A stretch of 64,000 nucleotides of DNA, taken from contig OY970355.1 in the NCBI GenBank assembly GCA_963718525.1, positions 1,600,001 to 1,664,000 on the forward strand, written 5' to 3'. Source of the stretch: Candidatus Dormiibacterota bacterium (GTDB lineage Bacteria; Chloroflexota; Dormibacteria; Aeolococcales; Aeolococcaceae). The number at the start of each line of letters is the position of its first letter. Positions within the stretch are counted from its first letter, which is position 1. Shown here piece by piece: positions 48,802 through 58,250 of this stretch. The notes beneath the pieces were generated by a model. It saw nothing but the letters and a program-made list of their open reading frames with translations. It was not told the DNA's origin and did no database searches. Made by a program: the position numbers and the translations under genes.

Positions 48802-49377
48802 ATGTTTGCAAGAGATAACATACAGTTCGGAATTACTCCTCGAAGGCTTCTGGTTGCGGTGGCGGGCACGCTCGTCCTCGCCGGGGTGGCTGGTTGGTCG
48901 GTCCTCCACCAGGCATCAGCTGCGGCGCCCGTGCCGGTGGGTGAAACCGTCGACCCACCCGCGCCACCTACGGTCCTTATCTTTGTCAGTGGCGCGGTCG
49001 CGCACCCCGGTCTGTATGAGCTGAGCCCCGGGGCGCGGGTCGCGGATGCAATCGCAGCGGCCGGCGGGATCACGTCACTGGCCGATCCGAGCCATCTTCC
49101 GAACATGGCGCAGCGGGTGAATGACGGTCGCCAGGTCAACGTCCCCTATATGAAGAGTGGGACCACCTCCGCCAAGCTCGACATCAACACCGCCGCGGAA
49201 ACGGACCTTGATGCGGTGTCCGGCATGCCTCCCGGTCTCGGTGGCGAGATCGTCCAGTACCGCAACGAGTGGGGGCCGTTCACCTCGATGAGCCAGCTCC
49301 ACGCTGACCTGGGCGTTGATTCGGCGACGGTCACCGGCCTGGAGCACTACCTGAGGGTTGTGCTTCCCCAGCAATGA
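48802..49377 (+). CDS. comEA: ComEA-like protein (TM + SLBB + divergent HhH)
   Basis: VSGAVAHPGLYEL...RVADAIAAAGG, DGRQVNVP, LDINTA. Confidence 0.85.
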   Translation: MFARDNIQFGITPRRLLVAVAGTLVLAGVAGWSVLHQASAAAPVPVGETVDPPAPPTVLIFVSGAVAHPGLYELSPGARVADAIAAAGGITSLADPSHLPNMAQRVNDGRQVNVPYMKSGTTSAKLDINTAAETDLDAVSGMPPGLGGEIVQYRNEWGPFTSMSQLHADLGVDSATVTGLEHYLRVVLPQQ

Positions 49378-50870
49378 GCCGTCTCGCCGGCTCTCGGGCC
49401 GGGCGCTGGGCGTCCTGCACGTGGGGCGGCTTTGCCGGGGGCTGCGGCGTCGGATTTGCCGCATCGCTGTCCGGCGCAGCGTTCCTCCCACTGATCTGCG
49501 CGCTTGCCGGCTCGTCTCTGCTCTGCGCGACACTGGCACCCCGTCGATTGCTTCCTGCTGCTCTGGTCGGCGCCGCCGTCGTGCTGGGGGTGCTCCGGGG
49601 AACGGCGGCGGTCGCACCGCCCGGCCCCGGGACCGTCGATGGCCACCTCGGTTCGCGCCCGATCGTGATCATCGGCACGGTACGGAGCGCCGATCCGGGC
49701 GCCGGATCCACCGCGATCATCGATGCGAGTCACCTGTCGGATGCGGACACCGACGGGCACGTCTCCGGCGGGGTGCTCGTCAGCGGCCCGCTCATCCCGG
49801 CGCTGTCCCCCGGCGACCAGGTCGAGGTCGACGCCTCAGGTCTGCGTCCGTTGAATCGGCGCCCCGGTCCCGATTCGGCCGCAACCCTCGAACGCGAGGA
49901 CGTCAGAGCGATAGCGACGTCTCCGCAGGTCTTCGTTCTCGCTGCCGGCAGGCCATCGCTTGCCCGCGTCATCGCGTGGGCTCAGGGACGACTGCGGAGC
50001 GCCGTTGACAGCGCGCTCTCGGAACCGGCCGCCGCTCTTGCCCTGGGCATTGCCTTCGGGATCCATGAGCCGCTGACCGCAGGGGTCCGGTCACCGCTCC
50101 AGGACGCCGAACTCATTCACGTGGTGGTCGTGAGCGGTTTGAAGGTCGTGCTGATCGTCGGCCTCGTCTGCGCGGTTGCCCGAGTGTTCGAGTGGTCGCA
50201 CCGGCGAACCCTGTTGGTGGCCCTGCCCGCGGTTGCGTCCTATGTGCTCATCAGCGGGGCGGGGCCTGCGGCCATCCGAAGTGCGTTCATGGCCGGTGCA
50301 GCGATGCTCGCCGCCACCGGCGCTCGGCGCACCGATCCGATCCCAATGCTCGCGCTGGCCGCGGCGATCCTGCTCGCACTCAGCCCCCAGCTCATCGAGG
50401 ACCCTGGTTTCCAGCTCTCGTTCCTCGGTACGGCAGGAATCCTCCTGCTCGCGGCGCCGATCGCCGCGTGGCTTCCGGGACCCCGGCTCATCGCCGAACC
50501 CTTTGCCGTCACCATCGCTGCGCAGGTGGCGACGGTGCCGATCATGGCGGGGACATTCGGCGTGATCTCACTCGGTGGCCCGATTGCCAACGCGCTCGTG
50601 CTCCCGATCCTCCCGGTCATGATCGTCACCGGTGGCGCGGGCGCGATCCTGAGCACCCTGAACCCGGCCTTCGGCTGGGTGCTTCTCCAGCTCACGGGTC
50701 TCGGGACATCGGCGGTCACGACTGTGGCGCAGGTCACGGCCGCGATTCCCGGCGCGACGGTTCAGGTGGGGAACTGGCCGGTCGCGTGGACCATCACCGA
50801 GGCGGCGGGGATCGTCACGGGGTTGGTGACTTTAGCTGTGGTGACTCATCGAACGACACCACTGCGGTGA
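49374..50870 (+). CDS. comEC: ComEC/Rec2 membrane channel (OB + Competence domains)
   Basis: HVVVVSGLKV, PAAIRSAFM, DPGFQLSFLG, ANAL. Confidence 0.87.
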   Translation: MSRLAGSRAGRWASCTWGGFAGGCGVGFAASLSGAAFLPLICALAGSSLLCATLAPRRLLPAALVGAAVVLGVLRGTAAVAPPGPGTVDGHLGSRPIVIIGTVRSADPGAGSTAIIDASHLSDADTDGHVSGGVLVSGPLIPALSPGDQVEVDASGLRPLNRRPGPDSAATLEREDVRAIATSPQVFVLAAGRPSLARVIAWAQGRLRSAVDSALSEPAAALALGIAFGIHEPLTAGVRSPLQDAELIHVVVVSGLKVVLIVGLVCAVARVFEWSHRRTLLVALPAVASYVLISGAGPAAIRSAFMAGAAMLAATGARRTDPIPMLALAAAILLALSPQLIEDPGFQLSFLGTAGILLLAAPIAAWLPGPRLIAEPFAVTIAAQVATVPIMAGTFGVISLGGPIANALVLPILPVMIVTGGAGAILSTLNPAFGWVLLQLTGLGTSAVTTVAQVTAAIPGATVQVGNWPVAWTITEAAGIVTGLVTLAVVTHRTTPLR

Positions 50871-51656
50871 ACATTCGAGCGCTGTTTGCCGCAGGGCTTG
50901 CCGCTCTGCTCGCTGCCGGCGTCGCCTGGGCAATCGGATCGCGCCCCGATGGCCGGCTCCGGGTGACCGTATTGAACATCGGATCGTCACCCGCGGTGCT
51001 GGTACGCACTGGGGATGGGCACACGGTCCTCGTGGACGGCGGCTCATCGCCGGCCGAACTTGACGCGGCGCTGGGACGAGTTCCTCCCACCAGCCACCGC
51101 CCACCTGGACATGGTCGTGGTCACGGGGGGTGAGCGCGCGGCGGTCAACGGGCTCGGTGGTCTCCCGGGCCACTACAGCGTCGGGACGGTGGTGACGTCC
51201 GGCGGACTCAACCCCGGCGGCAACACCATTGTCGCCGCACTCGAGAGTGGGGGTGCCAACGTCCTCGAGGCCGCCGGCGGCGCCTGGTCGTTCGGTGGAG
51301 CGACGTGGCGCTGTCTCGGCTTCATCGCCCTCGCCACCGGACGCACCATGTGCGCGCTGACCGTCGACGATCCGAGCGGCCGTGTGCTCCTGCTCGGTGA
51401 TACCGGAACCGCGGATCAGGAGAACCTGTGCGCCGTCTACGGCAGCGCCCTTGACGCGGACCTCATTGTCACACCGCCCGGTGGAGCCATCTCTCCTGTG
51501 CTGCTCGCCACCGCTCATCCGCTCCAAATCGCCGTCCCGATCGCACAAGGCGTAGCGGCGGTTCCAGCACCGCAGGGTTATCTCACCGATCGCACCAGTG
51601 CTGACGGCGATCTCGTGTACACGGGTGGCAGCGCCGGTCTGCGGGAGGGCACGTGA
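50867..51656 (+). pseudogene. stand-alone ComEC beta-lactamase-like domain, degenerate, frameshift near 51083
   Basis: DGRLRVTVLNIG..AVLVRT..GHTVLVDGG continues, after one extra C, as LPPATAHLDMVVVT...VLLLGD...DGD. Confidence 0.75.
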
Positions 51657-51678
51657 CGACGCTTGCCATACTGCACCG

Positions 51679-52689
51679 GTGGCTTCGATTCAGCCCTTGA
51701 ACCAGCTGACTCTCATCCATGGTGAGGATCGCTTCCTAGTCGATCGATCGGTCAAGCAGTGGCGCGACCGCGCGCGACCGCCCGAGGTCGATGTCGAGGT
51801 GTTCGAGGCCCCCGGCAGGCTCAACGAGTTCCGCAACGCCGTCGCTGAGATGCCATTGTTCGACCCCGAGCGCGCGCTGCTGCTTCGCGACCCGCCGCAG
51901 CTGACCGGTTCCGCGAAACGGGGCGGCGCCGACCCGCCGGAACGGCTGGTCGCGATTCTCAGCGAGCTGGCACCCACCACAATCCTCTGTCTGGTCGCGC
52001 ACGCGAAGGTGCCCGACCGCAACCCTGTCCTCAACGCGGTGAAGTCGAAGGGCGGGTCGATCATCTTCCACCCCGCAGTCAAGGGTCGTGAGCTTCGATC
52101 GTGGATCGAGCGCGAGATCGGCGCCCGGGGATTGCGGCTCGGCGCCGGTTCGGTCGATCACCTGATTCGGGTGGCCGGGCCCGATCTCGGCAGTATCGCC
52201 TCGGAGCTCGACAAGCTGGTCGCCTTCGCATCCGGCCGGCCGCTCTCGATCGGCGAGGTTCGGATGGCCGTCGCCGGCGACGAGTTCACCGGCCTCTACG
52301 ACACGCTCGGTGAGCTGCTCGGCCCGAACCCCGCCAAGGGGGCCGAGTCAGTCGACCGGCTCCTCTCCGAGGGGCGGGCGGGCCAGTACCTGCTGGCGAT
52401 CCTCGCCGGTCAGATCCGCGACCTGGTGATGACCCAGGGGTATGTCAAAACTCACGGCTCGTCGTCCGGGCTCGCAGCCGCGCTTGGAAAACCCGACTGG
52501 CAGGTCGATCGCCTGGCACGCCAGGCGAGGAGCGTGTCCCCCGCGGTCGTGGCCGGCTGGCTCGCAGCGCTGCATGATGTCGACCGGAAGCTCAAGACGG
52601 GCGAGATCGCAGAGACGGACGGGCTCCGGCTCGCTGTGCTGAGAGCCGCCGCGGAAGTGACCGCCGAGCGCGGTCAGCGTCACCCCTAG
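51679..52689 (+). CDS. holA: DNA polymerase III delta subunit
   Basis: LIHGEDRFL, MPLF, ASELDKL, DRKLKTG; comEC-holA-rpsT synteny. Confidence 0.9.
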   Translation: MASIQPLNQLTLIHGEDRFLVDRSVKQWRDRARPPEVDVEVFEAPGRLNEFRNAVAEMPLFDPERALLLRDPPQLTGSAKRGGADPPERLVAILSELAPTTILCLVAHAKVPDRNPVLNAVKSKGGSIIFHPAVKGRELRSWIEREIGARGLRLGAGSVDHLIRVAGPDLGSIASELDKLVAFASGRPLSIGEVRMAVAGDEFTGLYDTLGELLGPNPAKGAESVDRLLSEGRAGQYLLAILAGQIRDLVMTQGYVKTHGSSSGLAAALGKPDWQVDRLARQARSVSPAVVAGWLAALHDVDRKLKTGEIAETDGLRLAVLRAAAEVTAERGQRHP

Positions 52690-52705
52690 GTCGGGGGCTC
52701 GCTCG

Positions 52706-53182
52706 CTATTTGGTCTTGGCGGTCCTGGCGGGTGACTTCGCGGTCGTGGTCGCCTTGGGGGCGGTGGCAGTGGCCGCGGCCGTCTTCGCTGCGGGCGCCT
52801 TGGCACTGGATTTGGTGGTCTTCGCCGCAGCGGCACGCGCGGGCTGCTTGGCGCTGCGTCCCTTGGCACCGCCGGCTGCAGCGGACCGCACCGCCGCGCC
52901 CTCTGTTCCCTCGGCAACGTTCGTCAGGCGTGCGGCCATCGAGGCCAGCCGCGATTTGCGACGGCGGACATTGTTCCGGTGGAGCACGCCCTTCTCGGCA
53001 GCGCGGTCGAGCGCGCGGATGGCGGCGTGCAACTCGGCGTCGCCGGTGGCAGCGCCCTCTTCGAGAAGCGCGTGGCGCGCTTTGATCACCTTGGTACGCA
53101 CGGCCGACTTCACCGCGCGGTTGCGGATGTGCTTCCGCTCGCTGGACCTGATGCGCTTGCGCGCGGATCGGGAGTTGGCCAT
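52706..53182 (-). CDS. rpsT: 30S ribosomal protein S20 with Ala/Lys/Thr-rich C-terminal extension
   Basis: MANSRSARKRIR...NRAVKSAVRT...LDRAAEKGVLHRNNVRRRKSRL. Confidence 0.96.
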   Translation of the reverse strand: MANSRSARKRIRSSERKHIRNRAVKSAVRTKVIKARHALLEEGAATGDAELHAAIRALDRAAEKGVLHRNNVRRRKSRLASMAARLTNVAEGTEGAAVRSAAAGGAKGRSAKQPARAAAAKTTKSSAKAPAAKTAAATATAPKATTTAKSPARTAKTK

Positions 53183-53272
53183 GCTCGCTCTTCTAGATCA
53201 CTCGATAACTGGGCGCGCCCCCCGGGCAGGTACGAGCCAGGGACGCACGAAGCCAGCAGTATATCAGCGACT

Positions 53273-54157
53273 GTGTCTCGCCTCTCCACTCGGGTTGTTC
53301 CCGCATACGCAAAGCTGAACCTGTCGCTGGCCGTGGTGGCTCGCCGCGTAGACGGCTGGCATGACATCGACAGCGTCCTCGTCCCGGTCGACTGGCACGA
53401 CCTGGTCGGGCTGAGCCTGGAATTCGCCGACACTGACAGCCTTGCGCTCACAGTTGGCGGACCGGCCGCGGATGGCGTCCCGACCGGCGACAGCAACCTG
53501 ACGGCGCGCGCCGCCAAGGCGCTTCGCAGCCTGGCGGGCCGGCCGCTGGCCATGCGGGTGTGGCTTTCCAAGGTTGTCCCGCACGGCGCCGGGCTCGGCG
53601 GCGGTTCGGCCGATGCCGCGGCCGTCCTCCGCGCCGGGACGAGCCGGCTCGCTGACCTGGGCGTGACGACTGATCCTGAGCAGGTCGCCGCAGCCGCGCT
53701 GGAAATCGGCAGCGATGTGCCGGCGCTGCTCCCGGTATCCACCCAGCGCGTGCGCGGTCGGGGCGATCGGCTCGAGGCACTCGCCACCCCGGCACTCTGT
53801 CTTGTGGTCGCATCCACCACGCCGAGCTCCACGGCGGACACGTATGCGGCCGTGGCCCCGGACGAGATCCGCGACGACGGCCGCTCTGAGCGTCTGGCGC
53901 AGCTCATCAACGCAGGCCACGCGCCCGACCCGAGCCTGATGGGGAGCGCCCTTGAAGCAGCCGCGTGCCGGGCCAACCCGGCGCTGGCAGACGCTCTGCA
54001 TCGAGCGCGTCGAGCGGGGGTCGGCGCCGACTGGTATCTGACCGGCAGTGGCGGTGCGGTTTTCACGATCACCCATGGACATCCTCAAGCGGAGCAGCTT
54101 GCCGGCGTGATGCGCGCTGCCGGCTTCAATGCCCGCGCATGCCGGACCGTCGGCTGA
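53273..54157 (+). CDS. ispE: 4-diphosphocytidyl-2-C-methyl-D-erythritol kinase
   Basis: AYAKLNLSL, DGWHDI, GAGLGGGSADAA, GSDVP, LTGSG. Confidence 0.93.
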   Translation: MSRLSTRVVPAYAKLNLSLAVVARRVDGWHDIDSVLVPVDWHDLVGLSLEFADTDSLALTVGGPAADGVPTGDSNLTARAAKALRSLAGRPLAMRVWLSKVVPHGAGLGGGSADAAAVLRAGTSRLADLGVTTDPEQVAAAALEIGSDVPALLPVSTQRVRGRGDRLEALATPALCLVVASTTPSSTADTYAAVAPDEIRDDGRSERLAQLINAGHAPDPSLMGSALEAAACRANPALADALHRARRAGVGADWYLTGSGGAVFTITHGHPQAEQLAGVMRAAGFNARACRTVG

Positions 54158-54185
54158 GGCTCACAGCACTACAATCCGATCCCCA

Positions 54186-55064
54186 GTGACTGTGGCTGAT
54201 GCACCTTCTGTCACGCCGCCGACGCCGGAGACCTGTGACCATCCCGCGCCGGTCACCGGGATCCTCGCGCATGAGTTCGCCCACTACGAGGGCGCAATCG
54301 GCCCCGAGGGGCTTCGCCGCACCGTCACGTACTACGGGCCGATCGTCGGTGGACTGCCGATTCGCGCGTGGCACTGCGAGAAGTGCGGGCTGCTCCGCCT
54401 GACCTACCCAGACGGTCGCACCGAGGAACGGCGGCTCTATCCGGGTCCGCAGCCGGGACTGCTCGCCGAGGCATCGCCGGTCGCCACCGAACGCGTTCAC
54501 TACGGCATGCAGGCGCGCGTTTCCGGGCTCAGCGCGCAGCCCGCGTTCATCGATCAGCTCACCGGTGGCGCGTCGATCGTCCGGCCCATCCAGTTCCCGA
54601 CCGTGACGCTGCCCGCCTGGGACGCGATCACCTGGCTGACCGTGCTCGGCATGATCTCGGTGCTTGTGGGGCTGCTCTTCGCGGGGTTGTTCGCGGCGCT
54701 GTCGTACAGCACGCCGAGCGTCGAATTGCCCCTCGTGCTGACCATCGTGTTCATCTTTGTCGGGGTGATCGCCCTGCGCCTGATCGTCCTGGTGATCCAG
54801 CATTTCGCACCTGCCGACAAGCTCAGTCCCAGCGTCGCCGAGACGATGCGGGGGACGCCCGAGCTGGACGTGGCAACACGCGCCGTGGTGGTGCTGCTCG
54901 CGGTCTGCGTGATGGGTCTCTTCGCGAGCGCCGTGCTCGCGACATACACCTACTCGACCCCGGGCGCCGAGCTGCCGGTGGTGGTCCTCACCCTGTCGAG
55001 CGCGATCATCGCGGCGGTGATCAAGGTTGTTTCCGTCATCGTGCGTCACTTCTCCGGCCGGTAG
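54186..55064 (+). CDS. hypothetical protein: N-terminal Cys/His domain plus duplicated TM hairpin
   Basis: CDH, HEFAH, HCEKCG; two related 2-TM repeats. Confidence 0.7.
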   Translation: MTVADAPSVTPPTPETCDHPAPVTGILAHEFAHYEGAIGPEGLRRTVTYYGPIVGGLPIRAWHCEKCGLLRLTYPDGRTEERRLYPGPQPGLLAEASPVATERVHYGMQARVSGLSAQPAFIDQLTGGASIVRPIQFPTVTLPAWDAITWLTVLGMISVLVGLLFAGLFAALSYSTPSVELPLVLTIVFIFVGVIALRLIVLVIQHFAPADKLSPSVAETMRGTPELDVATRAVVVLLAVCVMGLFASAVLATYTYSTPGAELPVVVLTLSSAIIAAVIKVVSVIVRHFSGR

Positions 55065-55084
55065 CGGGCCTGCTCCCGGAGTCG

Positions 55085-56515
55085 ATGCCGCTCCACGCGC
55101 CGCCCGACCAGGACATCGTCATCGTCGGCGCCACCGGTGACCTCGCACAGCGCAAGCTCATCCCCGCCCTCTACAACCTCCACCGTCAGAAGTTGTTGCC
55201 AGCCAAGGGCGAGATCATCGGGGCCGCGCCGTTCGACTGGGACGATCGGCGTTTCCGCGACCTCGCCGAATCATCGGTCAAACAGTTCTCGAGAACGCCG
55301 TTGCGGGCGTCGATCTTCGCATCATTCGCCAAGCGGCTTCGTTTCGTCCCGCTTCCTCCCAACGACGATCTCTCACCCATACGCGCTGTCTCGAAGCTCG
55401 ATCACCGCATCGCGTACCTGGCCGTTCCACCGTCGGCGTTCACATCCCTCATCGAGGGGGTCAAGACGGCGGGCCTTGTCGAGGGAACGTCGATCATCAT
55501 CGAGAAGCCGTTCGGTCACGACCTGAGCTCCGCGATGGAGCTGAACAAAACCCTCCACGATGTGGTGCCCGAACAGCGAATCTTCCGCATCGACCATTAC
55601 ATGGGCAAGGAGACCGTCCAGAACCTCCTCGTGTTTCGTTTCGGAAACTCGCTGTTCGAGCGGATCTGGAATCGCGAGGCGATCTCACGTGTTGAGATCA
55701 CCGTCGCCGAGTCGATCGGTGTCGAGGGCCGCGGCAAGCTCTACGAGGAGATTGGGGCCATTCGTGACATCGTCCAGAACCACATGTTCCAGGTCCTCTC
55801 GCTGATTGCGATGGACCCGCCGCTCTCGTTCGATGCGGAGGCCATCCGCAACGAGAAGGTGAAGGTCCTCGAATCGATTCAGCCGATCCGCCCGCACGAC
55901 GTGGTCCGCGGACAGTACACGGGCGGAACCATCGATGGTGAGAAGGTGGTCGGATATCGGGAGGAGCCAGGCGTCTCGCCCGCGTCCACCACGGAGACCT
56001 ACGCGGCGCTGCGCCTCCACCTGGAGTCGTGGCGCTGGTCGGGCGTGCCCTTTCTGCTGCGCACCGGCAAGCGGCTGCCGACGCGAGATACTCGCGTGGT
56101 CATCACGTTTCACGATGTCCCGCTCCACCTGTTCAAGACAGCCGGCGTGCACGCCCTGAACCGCAACCGTTTGGTCGTGCGCATTCAGCCGGATGAGGGC
56201 ATCGCGCTTTCATTCGTCGCCAAGCAACCGGGACCGGAGGTCACCGCGCAGTCGGTCGACATGAATTTCAAATACGGCGACTTATTCAAGACCTCGCCCC
56301 CCGAGGCATACGAGCGGCTGCTGCACGACGCGCTCAATGGCGACCACACCCTGTTCATCCGTGAGGACGAGGTCGAGAGCGGATGGCGGGCGGTCGAGCC
56401 GGTCATCGAGGCGCCCCCGCCGATCACCTTCTACCAGGCGGGAGCGTGGGGACCGTCCGACGCCGAGCGGATCGCGAGTCCAGGACATTGGGACGAATCG
56501 GTCGGCGCCGTATGA
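55085..56515 (+). CDS. zwf: glucose-6-phosphate 1-dehydrogenase
   Basis: GATGDLAQRKL, EKPFG, RIDHYMGKETVQN, RTGK, YERLL. Confidence 0.97.
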   Translation: MPLHAPPDQDIVIVGATGDLAQRKLIPALYNLHRQKLLPAKGEIIGAAPFDWDDRRFRDLAESSVKQFSRTPLRASIFASFAKRLRFVPLPPNDDLSPIRAVSKLDHRIAYLAVPPSAFTSLIEGVKTAGLVEGTSIIIEKPFGHDLSSAMELNKTLHDVVPEQRIFRIDHYMGKETVQNLLVFRFGNSLFERIWNREAISRVEITVAESIGVEGRGKLYEEIGAIRDIVQNHMFQVLSLIAMDPPLSFDAEAIRNEKVKVLESIQPIRPHDVVRGQYTGGTIDGEKVVGYREEPGVSPASTTETYAALRLHLESWRWSGVPFLLRTGKRLPTRDTRVVITFHDVPLHLFKTAGVHALNRNRLVVRIQPDEGIALSFVAKQPGPEVTAQSVDMNFKYGDLFKTSPPEAYERLLHDALNGDHTLFIREDEVESGWRAVEPVIEAPPPITFYQAGAWGPSDAERIASPGHWDESVGAV

Positions 56516-57480
56516 CCGCTTCCCCCGTTCTCATCGGGGTCGACCTGGGCGGGACGAGCATCCGCGCCGCGGTGGCGATCGGCGACGTGACGCACGGCGA
56601 GCCGGTGGTACGCGATACCCCGTCACGGGAGGGGCCTGCCGCCGTGCTCGATGCCGTCGCGGAGTGCGCTCGCGAGGCCGCCGACTCCGCGCACATTCGC
56701 GGGCTCGCGATCGGCATTCCGGGTCCACTCGATCCCGGTTCGGGTGTGGTCCACAATGCGCCGAACATGACCGGCTGGAACGAGGTTCCGGCTGCCGCGA
56801 TGCTCTCGGAGCGAGTTGGGTGTCCCGTGGTCATCTGTCATGACGCGGCTGCGGCCGGATACGCGGAGCTCAAGGCGGGCGCGGGGCGCGGTGCCCAGTA
56901 CCTGCTGTTCATCACCGTGAGCACCGGTATCGGCGGGGCGCTGTTCACCGGCGGTGATCTGTACGCCGGCGCAACCGGGTCGGCCGGCGAGGTCGGCCAC
57001 ACACCCATCAGCGATGACGGCCCGCGCTGCGGCGAGGGTCATCCGGGATGCCTCGAGGGGACATCGTCCGGCACCGCGATCGCGGCTCGGGCTCGCGCCG
57101 AGCTCGCCGCCGGCCGCGTCTCGTCGCTCATGGGTGTCGACCCCGCCTCGATCGACGCACGGGCGATCGCCACCGCCGCGAACGGGGGTGACGAGCTCGC
57201 GCTCCAGGTCTTCAACGACGCCGGCCATGCGCTCGGCCGCGCGATTGGTGGGTTCATCAATGTGCTCGCCCCCGACGTACTCGTCATCGGAGGCGGGCTG
57301 ATTCGAGCGGGCGACCTGCTGCTCAAACCGGCGCGTCTCGCAGCCACGGAAATTGCGTTCGAGATCCCGTACCGGCGCTGCAAGATCGTCACCGCGGCGC
57401 TGGGGACCGACGCCGGCCTGATCGGCGCCGTGGCATGGGCGGTGCGCAGCTTTGGCGGCGTTCCCGCGGGGATGCGTTAG
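56512..57480 (+). CDS. ROK-family sugar kinase (glucokinase-like)
   Basis: GVDLGGT, STGIGG, GEVGH, C..GHPGCLE, AGLIGA. Confidence 0.92.
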   Translation: MTASPVLIGVDLGGTSIRAAVAIGDVTHGEPVVRDTPSREGPAAVLDAVAECAREAADSAHIRGLAIGIPGPLDPGSGVVHNAPNMTGWNEVPAAAMLSERVGCPVVICHDAAAAGYAELKAGAGRGAQYLLFITVSTGIGGALFTGGDLYAGATGSAGEVGHTPISDDGPRCGEGHPGCLEGTSSGTAIAARARAELAAGRVSSLMGVDPASIDARAIATAANGGDELALQVFNDAGHALGRAIGGFINVLAPDVLVIGGGLIRAGDLLLKPARLAATEIAFEIPYRRCKIVTAALGTDAGLIGAVAWAVRSFGGVPAGMR

Positions 57481-57501
57481 GCGCGAAGGGCGGCGGAGAC
57501 G

Positions 57502-58176
57502 CTACGACCAGGTCTGGGCGTCGCCGTCGCGCTTGCGTCTCGCCATGAATGCGGCCACCTCGGCGCGCCGCGAAAGGTCGAGCTTCATGAGGATGTTGCT
57601 CACGTAGTTCTTCACGGTCTTCTCGGCGAGATGGACCTGTTCCCCGATCTGGCGATTGGTCATCCCTTCGGCGACCAGGCCGACGATGCGCCGCTCTTGC
57701 GGTGTCAACTGCTCGGCGCCGGCGTCAGTGCTTCCGCCGAGGACGTCGCCGCGAATCCGCGCAAGCACCTGGCCGGTGACCGAGGGGTCGAGAAGTGATT
57801 CGCCCTTGGCGACCCGATGGATCGCGTCGAGCAGTTCGTTGCCGTGGATCTGCTTCAGGACGTATCCGGACGCACCGGCCATGATGGCGCTGAAGAGCGC
57901 TTCGTCATCCGCGAAGGAGGTGAGGATGAGCACTCGAGTCTCCTCGCGATGCGCGCGGATATCCCTGCATGCCTCGACGCCGGAGCGCCCCGGCATCCGC
58001 ACATCCATGACCACCACGTCCGGCGTGGATTCGGCCGCAGCGCTCACCGCCTCATCGGCAGAGCCCGCCTCGCCGATGACGTCGATGGTCAGATCGGACT
58101 CCAGCAGCGAGCGGAGCCCGCGACGCACCAGCTCATGATCGTCGCAGAGCAACACGCGAATGCGGGTGGCAGGCAT
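57502..58176 (-). CDS. NarL/LuxR response regulator, DosR/DevR-like
   Basis: DDHELVRRG, MDVRMP, LTSF, GYVLK, LAEKTVKNYVSNILMKL. Confidence 0.92.
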   Translation of the reverse strand: MPATRIRVLLCDDHELVRRGLRSLLESDLTIDVIGEAGSADEAVSAAAESTPDVVVMDVRMPGRSGVEACRDIRAHREETRVLILTSFADDEALFSAIMAGASGYVLKQIHGNELLDAIHRVAKGESLLDPSVTGQVLARIRGDVLGGSTDAGAEQLTPQERRIVGLVAEGMTNRQIGEQVHLAEKTVKNYVSNILMKLDLSRRAEVAAFMARRKRDGDAQTWS

Positions 58177-58250
58177 TGCTCCAGTGTAGGGGGCCATTGG
58201 TCACATGGATCCAAGCCCAGAGGCTCTGTTCAGCGTCGAGAGATCACCCG

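Noticed and set aside
54368-56515. Apparent 715-aa Zwf with N-terminal extension
   Set aside because: The extension overlaps the 54186-55064 gene in another frame; Zwf homology begins at 55085
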